A program made the position numbers and the translations under genes. The notes beneath the pieces are model-generated. The model saw only the letters and a program-made list of their open reading frames with translations. It made no database searches and was not told the origin of the DNA. A stretch of 64,000 nucleotides of DNA from an uncultured Gammaproteobacteria bacterium (GTDB taxonomy: Bacteria; Patescibacteriota; Microgenomatia; Levybacterales; UBA12049), in assembly GCA_964537895.1 (NCBI GenBank), contig CAZIDK010000002.1, positions 82,684 through 146,683 of the forward strand. The letters are read 5' to 3'. The first letter of the stretch is position 1, and each line of letters starts with the position of its first letter. Below, in pieces: positions 58,479 to 64,000 of the stretch.

Positions 58479-60317
58479 ATGTTAGATCCCTACAGAATGG
58501 TTCTTGTTAATATAATTGCTTCTGCTTTAGTTTTAGCAGGAACTCTTTTTTATAGATATATTTATCCAAAAAAGAAAATTAATTTATTTGTTTTGCTTCT
58601 TATTATTTCTATCCTACCGATAATAAGTATCTTTAGAACGGGTGCTTACGAAAGCGGAGACTTTAACATTCATATCTATAGAATAATGTCTTTTTATGAT
58701 TCCTTAAAAGAAGGTATTCTTATGCCTTCCTGGGCAGCTGAGCTCAATGCCACATACGGTAACCCACTATTTATCTTTAATTACCCTCTTCCCTACTACG
58801 TTATTTCTTTTCTTCATTTTCTAGGACTTAGTTTTATTTCAAGTATGAAATTATATCTGGGCCTTACTCTGTACCTGTCTGGAATTTTCATGTATCTACT
58901 TTTTAAAGAGCTTTCAAATAATAAGCTTGCAGCTTTTACGGCGGCAATATTCTATATTTTTAATCCATATCATTTAATAGACGTCCACTTTAGAGCAACA
59001 TTGGGAGAGTCTACTATCTTTACTCTTGTTCCATTATTATTTTTGTTTATCGTCAAATATTTAAAAGAGGACAAAAAGATATACCTTGTTTTAATTATTT
59101 TCTTCACTGACTTGCTCTTTCTTGCCCATCCGCTTTTAGCCGGAGTTTTCTTAGGGATAGCTGTACTATACGTTATATTATTTGCCAAAAATACAAGAAG
59201 AATATTGTCTTCAATAGCTTCGCTTTTAATTGGGGCTTTTTCTTCTATTTATACTTGGAGTCCTTTCTATCTATATTCACAATATATGTTTAAATTTAAT
59301 GAGCCGTCTGTCAGAGACATTTCCTTTTATCCCTTCTACGAATTATTTGTTTCTCCTTGGAGATTTGGATTTCTGTTTCAGGGTCCAAAAGGAGAATTAG
59401 CCCAAATAATAGGATATACACAAATCCTCGTGGTTCTTCTATCGATAACACTGATTGTATTTAAGAAAATTCAGGAAAAGATAAAAAAAGAATATATCTT
59501 CTGGTTATCCTTATTTTTCCTTACTCTCTTCATGATGAATCCTGGCTCAAACTTTTTTTGGAGATACATGCCTAATATTGGTTCTATGTTAAATTTGTAC
59601 GGCAGACTATCTCTTGTCTTAAGCTTCGGCACTTCTGTAATTGCCGGATACTTTATTCTTTCTTTTCCTTTAAGAAAAAGGCCAATGTTTATATACTTAC
59701 TAATTTTAATAACCATATCATACACAATATTAAACTGGGGACATCGAAGGGTAATACCGGAAATTAACGACGCTGTGCTTAGAAAGAACGTTTGGATTAG
59801 CACTGCGGTGGCCGAGGGGACTACCGCTTATTTTTTAAACACTAAATGGGCGGATATTAACAATTTTTGGTTTTCAAAACGTCCGGATAAACCACTAGAT
59901 GTTCTTAAAAGAAATGCGACTGTAAAACCAATTAAAAGAACTTCTATTTTACACACTTATGATGTTGATGCTAAAACGGCTTTAACTATTAGAGAAAACA
60001 CACTATATTTTCCCGGATGGACTTTAAAAAGCAACAATAAAATCGTAAATATATATCCGGGTGAAAGAGGAATAATCAATGCGTACCTGCCCGCCGGAAA
60101 ACAATACCTAACATTGTTTTATAAAGATATACCGGCTTATGCGCTTACAAAAACAATAAGCGGTATATCATTCTTAGTATTAATACTTATATTAGTCATT
60201 TATTATCTATTTTCTTTTTTGCCTATCCATAACATTTCTCCCGGTAAGCGTAAAACCCAACTTGGTTTAAGTATAAAAAAGGGAGCAAGCAATTTCATAA
60301 GCCCCGGACGGAAGTAA
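58479..60317 (+). CDS. Polytopic membrane protein, GT-C/YfhO-like
   Basis: GAYESGDF loop after TM1-2, followed by many TM helices. The 3' end overlaps the convergent methyltransferase gene by 115 nt. Confidence 0.3.
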   Translation: MLDPYRMVLVNIIASALVLAGTLFYRYIYPKKKINLFVLLLIISILPIISIFRTGAYESGDFNIHIYRIMSFYDSLKEGILMPSWAAELNATYGNPLFIFNYPLPYYVISFLHFLGLSFISSMKLYLGLTLYLSGIFMYLLFKELSNNKLAAFTAAIFYIFNPYHLIDVHFRATLGESTIFTLVPLLFLFIVKYLKEDKKIYLVLIIFFTDLLFLAHPLLAGVFLGIAVLYVILFAKNTRRILSSIASLLIGAFSSIYTWSPFYLYSQYMFKFNEPSVRDISFYPFYELFVSPWRFGFLFQGPKGELAQIIGYTQILVVLLSITLIVFKKIQEKIKKEYIFWLSLFFLTLFMMNPGSNFFWRYMPNIGSMLNLYGRLSLVLSFGTSVIAGYFILSFPLRKRPMFIYLLILITISYTILNWGHRRVIPEINDAVLRKNVWISTAVAEGTTAYFLNTKWADINNFWFSKRPDKPLDVLKRNATVKPIKRTSILHTYDVDAKTALTIRENTLYFPGWTLKSNNKIVNIYPGERGIINAYLPAGKQYLTLFYKDIPAYALTKTISGISFLVLILILVIYYLFSFLPIHNISPGKRKTQLGLSIKKGASNFISPGRK

Positions 60318-61096
60318 TATCTTCCTAAGTAATTATTCATAAGTTTTTGAGTAGCTACGAAAGGATAAGTATCAGTTTTTATATGCCTAATCCCGCATAA
60401 TTTCCCTAAAAGACTCAAGCTCTTCTCTGTGAAATACTGTATATGCTGCCCTTGCCAGTACCACCAGCGTCTTCCTAAAATCTTGCTTATAATTGAATCT
60501 ACGTCTCCGGTCCAAATCACGAGCACTCCTCCAGGCTTTAATAGTTTGTTTAAGTTATTCATTTCATCTAAGGGAAATTCAAAGTGCTCTATTACTCCAA
60601 ATAAGGTAATAATGTCATAATATTCAGGAAATTCCTTTACCAACGACTTCAAGGTTTTTCTATGAATTTTTATCCCCCTCTTTTTCGCTATTTCCGAAGA
60701 CCATTTTGACAACTCAAGACCCTCCACTGAAAAACCAAAATCTTTAGCAACTGTTAGGAATTCACCCGTTGCACAACCCACGTCTAATAATTTACCAGTA
60801 GGAACTAACTTTTTTATCAAGGGCATTATTATACCTGCAGATATCTTTGCAGAAATCTCATATTTAAGGTATTGCTCATCTACGACATCCTCATAGTTTT
60901 TGTAAATATTTGCTGGAATTGGAGAACAAAATACATGAGTACATTTATTGCATTTTAAAGACCTAAAGGTTTTATTAGAATCAGGAGTTTTTGTATAAGT
61001 AAAGGATAACTTACTTAATTCTATGTTTGCAGGGTAAAGTTCGACAACATCGGAAGAATTGCATATTGGACATTTGGCTAATTTCATAAAAAACAT
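60203..61096 (-). CDS. SAM-dependent methyltransferase with N-terminal Cys4 zinc ribbon
   Basis: CPICNS...CNKC ribbon; motif I LLDVGCATGEF. Confidence 0.55.
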   Translation of the reverse strand: MFFMKLAKCPICNSSDVVELYPANIELSKLSFTYTKTPDSNKTFRSLKCNKCTHVFCSPIPANIYKNYEDVVDEQYLKYEISAKISAGIIMPLIKKLVPTGKLLDVGCATGEFLTVAKDFGFSVEGLELSKWSSEIAKKRGIKIHRKTLKSLVKEFPEYYDIITLFGVIEHFEFPLDEMNNLNKLLKPGGVLVIWTGDVDSIISKILGRRWWYWQGQHIQYFTEKSLSLLGKLCGIRHIKTDTYPFVATQKLMNNYLGRYYFRPGLMKLLAPFFILKPSWVLRLPGEMLWIGKKENR

Positions 61097-61123
61097 TTAT
61101 TGATTTTACCTTAAAATACTAAG

Positions 61124-62200
61124 CTATTCAATATTCCAAAGTTTTAAATAAAGATTAACCATATTATCCCACGTTTTATCTTTTACCCATTCATATCCTT
61201 TATTAATTTTTATATTTTTTGATGTAGTATCTGTTAAATATTTTTCTAATTCAGATAGAATTTCCGTATGGTCTTTAGATATCGAAATAAATTCGGAAAA
61301 TGGAGTAATTTTTAGATAATCTTTCTTAATATCATTGTTATAAACTGCTAGAACAAATTTTTTACTCATTAAAGATTCAAGTATTCCTAGGTATCTTGAT
61401 GTGAATACAAAAGATGTTCTATTGATATAAATGAGTACATTTTTTACGAATCCCTTAAATTCTGTGTTCAATTGATTTTGTGCGGCATACCTCTTAGCTT
61501 CGCCCATTTGGACACCATCACCAAGAACAACTAGTCTTAATCCTTTATGGCTTCTCCCTACTTCTTTAAATGCTTTAAGGTACTCCATTATCCCTGCCTC
61601 TTCTTCCAATCTTCCCAAAAAAACAACTAAGTTCTTGTCGTAATTTTTACCGTTTTTTTCTTTTTGAAAATCCACCGCTCCATATGTTACAAAGGTTGGT
61701 TTTGTGCCATACCATTTTTTAAGAAAGTCTCCAACGCAAATATTTCCATAAGATAATTTCTCCGAAAGCTTGTGCATAAAGATTGCTCTTTTATTTGGAA
61801 TATTATTTCCTTCATATCCATGAAAAGTTGTATAAACTTTTTTAAAAGGGAATAAAAATCTAAAAGGAAGATACCAGAAGAAAACGTCGTGGCAATGAAC
61901 CACATCCGCATTTCTAATCAAGCCTCTATGCTTCCAAAGCTCCTTCCAGAGCCTGAATTTCTTGAACCAATCGTCTTTTCCGAGGTTAATATTATAGGAC
62001 TCTAGGTTTTTGAGCTTCCCCACGAGCCTGGCACTAGAGGAACTTGACTGATAAGAATTATTATGGGACTCTGGGATATTTTCCGATATTACTATAACTC
62101 TATGCCCTTTTTCCGCCAATCTGGTACCAACCTCGTAAACATGCTTCTCCACCCCACCGATATGAGGGTAAAACAACCTTGATAAAAACAAAACCGTCAT
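61124..62200 (-). CDS. Glycosyltransferase family 4 (GT-B)
   Basis: C-terminal Rossmann half with an E-X7-E-like motif (TSRYLGILESLMS). Confidence 0.5.
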   Translation of the reverse strand: MTVLFLSRLFYPHIGGVEKHVYEVGTRLAEKGHRVIVISENIPESHNNSYQSSSSSARLVGKLKNLESYNINLGKDDWFKKFRLWKELWKHRGLIRNADVVHCHDVFFWYLPFRFLFPFKKVYTTFHGYEGNNIPNKRAIFMHKLSEKLSYGNICVGDFLKKWYGTKPTFVTYGAVDFQKEKNGKNYDKNLVVFLGRLEEEAGIMEYLKAFKEVGRSHKGLRLVVLGDGVQMGEAKRYAAQNQLNTEFKGFVKNVLIYINRTSFVFTSRYLGILESLMSKKFVLAVYNNDIKKDYLKITPFSEFISISKDHTEILSELEKYLTDTTSKNIKINKGYEWVKDKTWDNMVNLYLKLWNIE

Positions 62201-62253
62201 ATCTTTATTTAAAAGCTATTATACCACTGTTTGAGGTTGGAGATGCATTTGAC

Positions 62254-62886
62254 TTACCTTACGAATGTTTCAATTGAGCTTGAATCATTAATTGTTAAAG
62301 TCTGCGTGCAAGAATTATAATTACCGGTAATGATAACTGTAGAATTAGCAAATTTTACAACATCATCCTCTTCTGAATGAGGAATATAAATTGTCGTGTT
62401 ATCGTTTTTCACTAAAACCATTCTGTTTTTTATGTATTTTTGTGAAGGAGTCATAAGCTCAAGAATGTAAGATAAGAAAGGAACAGGTTTTGAATATATT
62501 TCTCTAGCATTTAAAATCTTAACCGTTCCTATCTGACTTTGCGTTCCTTTATCACAAATTATCTGTCCTCCTCCAAATATTCCAAATACCGATATAACCA
62601 AAACAACTCCGGCAATTCCTAAGCTTCCTTTTAAGGTAAAAGAAAATGCTTTTTGATTTTTAATTTCCTCCAGAAGCTTAACAATTCTCCCTAAAGGATT
62701 TCCAACTCTAATATCCAAGATATCATCTTGATCTTTATAATTACCCGTGTGGCTTAAAAGAAATTTTTCAAGCGGATTTTTCGCTGTTTTAATATCCGGT
62801 GGATTTATAAATTGGCCTTGCTCATCTCTTGGCTTACTTGAAGTTACTTCACTTTTTAATTTATCTGCTGGCTCTTGCTTGGGCAT
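62254..62886 (-). CDS. Hypothetical single-pass membrane protein
   Basis: Charged N-terminal region, one TM helix (GIAGVVLVISVFGIFGG), and an extracytoplasmic C-terminal domain. Confidence 0.4.
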   Translation of the reverse strand: MPKQEPADKLKSEVTSSKPRDEQGQFINPPDIKTAKNPLEKFLLSHTGNYKDQDDILDIRVGNPLGRIVKLLEEIKNQKAFSFTLKGSLGIAGVVLVISVFGIFGGGQIICDKGTQSQIGTVKILNAREIYSKPVPFLSYILELMTPSQKYIKNRMVLVKNDNTTIYIPHSEEDDVVKFANSTVIITGNYNSCTQTLTINDSSSIETFVR

Positions 62887-62991
62887 ATGTATTTATTATT
62901 ACTGCTAGATTCCTGGAAATGCAAGTGTCAATAATACAGATTGCGCGGCATGACTTACTCGCTATAAATTGTCGGATAGTTTTTTAAAGTT

Positions 62992-64000
62992 TTAAATAAT
63001 TTGAACTCTTGAGTTAATAATACTAATGTAATCTTCTTTTAGTTTTTCCTTTATTTCATCTATTTTATAATATTTCTGAGCCATTTCCTTTTGTCTTTTT
63101 AAGTTAAACTCCCCATTCTTATTTATGGGGATTTCCATATATATTTCGCTCATTCTCTCTATGCCTAATCTTTTATTTGCTCCTTCACCAAGAGTTCTGC
63201 TTGGTAATACCTGTCCTAAAATAAAACACGAATATTCAAAGTCGATTTTACCTTTATACATTTGCCGTAATTCTAAAATCCCTGCGTGTGTAGTAATTGA
63301 AAATTTTCCATTTCTATAAAAGACTGTTCCTGCATGAACACCATCAGTCGTCCAACTTAGACATTCTTTTTCATAATCGAAAGTATCAATTTTTCCAATC
63401 TCGCCAAAATTAACAGTTTGAGATGAATATAGTGGATATTCTCCTTTGTGTTCATGTATATACTTTTTTGTGTAAGTTGAGTTTCCTTTTTTAGGGGAAA
63501 ATATCCTAGTTACTGGAACTAGTTTTGTTTCATACTTGCTACTTATGTCAACTCTTGATTTGATTAAACTATTGAAAACACTACTAAGCTCAAGCTTTAA
63601 GTTTTGGATTTCAAGATATTTTTTAGCAAGCTCTCTCTGTTTTTTCAGATCAAATGCGCCATTATTGTTAACTGGAATTAAAATTTGTACATCTTTTATT
63701 TTATCAACACCACATTTGTGAAGGTATGAAAAACCACATAAAAATAATTGCCTCTCAATTTCAAATTTAAGGTATAACTTATCCAATTTATCATAATACT
63801 TCTGTTTTATTATTAACGCCCTATGATCTTCATTGGTAGTGAATTTGTGGTCTCTTATAAAGACGTACCCAACTGAACCGTTCCTGTTCCAGCTTAAACA
63901 GTTCTCATAGTATTTAACTCCTTTTAGGTTGTTTTGTATAAATCCAAGTGTAGATTTTTCATCTCTTGATGATGCATAAACAGGAATAGATCCCTTATTT
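62992..64000 (-). CDS. hsdS: Type I restriction-modification specificity subunit (HsdS)-like, with the N-terminal part (on the minus strand) beyond the window
   Basis: The frame stays open from the TTG at 63786 to position 64000. Two similar target-recognition-type blocks (IPVYASS...ENCLSWNRNGSVGYVFIRDHKF and YPLYSSQ...KECLSWTTDGVHAGTVFYRNGKF) are each followed by a conserved helical spacer (LAKKYLEIQNLKLEL and MAQKYYKIDEIKEKL). Confidence 0.55.
   Translation of the reverse strand, partial: NKGSIPVYASSRDEKSTLGFIQNNLKGVKYYENCLSWNRNGSVGYVFIRDHKFTTNEDHRALIIKQKYYDKLDKLYLKFEIERQLFLCGFSYLHKCGVDKIKDVQILIPVNNNGAFDLKKQRELAKKYLEIQNLKLELSSVFNSLIKSRVDISSKYETKLVPVTRIFSPKKGNSTYTKKYIHEHKGEYPLYSSQTVNFGEIGKIDTFDYEKECLSWTTDGVHAGTVFYRNGKFSITTHAGILELRQMYKGKIDFEYSCFILGQVLPSRTLGEGANKRLGIERMSEIYMEIPINKNGEFNLKRQKEMAQKYYKIDEIKEKLKEDYISIINSRVQII

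Overview
This window is AT-rich (roughly 35% GC), gene-dense bacterial DNA. The compact gene set, leaderless or overlapping genes, the archaeal-type cupin PGI and the many surface-glycosylation genes suggest a reduced-genome Patescibacteria/CPR-like organism, but this is inference from gene content, not a search result.

Features, in order:
- Position 1 to about 6.4 kb: a tRNA-Glu followed by a small accessory-like block. It holds a secreted protein with an acidic His/Asp tail, a triple topoisomerase-type zinc-ribbon protein, a secreted clan GH-A glycoside hydrolase, a DUF458-like protein and an HExxH protein. Two promoter-plus-terminator units with no annotated gene between them also sit here.
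- About 6.4 to 40.3 kb: core genes. These are holA, a sugar-phosphate cluster (PMM/PGM, a cupin isomerase, an archaeal-type cupin PGI, PEP synthase, enolase), rsmI, dedA, divergent lexA/uvrB, yraN, rplS, pyrG, a HAD hydrolase, tRNA-Gly and tRNA-Asp flanking a LysM protein, polX, lemA-htpX, murT-gatD, gatCAB, a stand-alone GGDEF protein, dnaE, and an atpBEFHAGDC operon.
- 40.28 to 40.69 kb: a tRNA-Thr(CGT) embedded in an array of tRNA 5'-half-like and 3'-half-like fragments with conserved junction motifs.
- About 40.7 to 62.2 kb: a roughly 21.5 kb surface-glycosylation island, all hypothetical calls from motifs. It contains three GT2 domains fused to large polytopic (GT-C-like) modules, one stand-alone GT2, two GT4, three GT-C-like membrane proteins, an O-antigen-ligase-like protein, a Wzx-like flippase and three methyltransferases.
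- Window end: an ORF open to position 64000 that looks like a type I R-M specificity subunit (HsdS) with two similar target-recognition domains.

Main second-look items:
- The tRNA-half fragment array at the tRNA-Thr locus.
- A roughly 68 bp nested-hairpin repeat present twice, in opposite orientation, after htpX and between atpF and atpH.
- Two GC-rich, palindrome-containing insertions that stay in frame inside polX and gatB, each flanked by short tandem direct repeats (RPE-like).
- A recurring GC-only motif (tgcccgcc / cccgccatcg) at several GC-rich islets.
- Two candidate small RNAs or attenuating leaders.

All family assignments come from motifs read in the six-frame translations; no database search was run.
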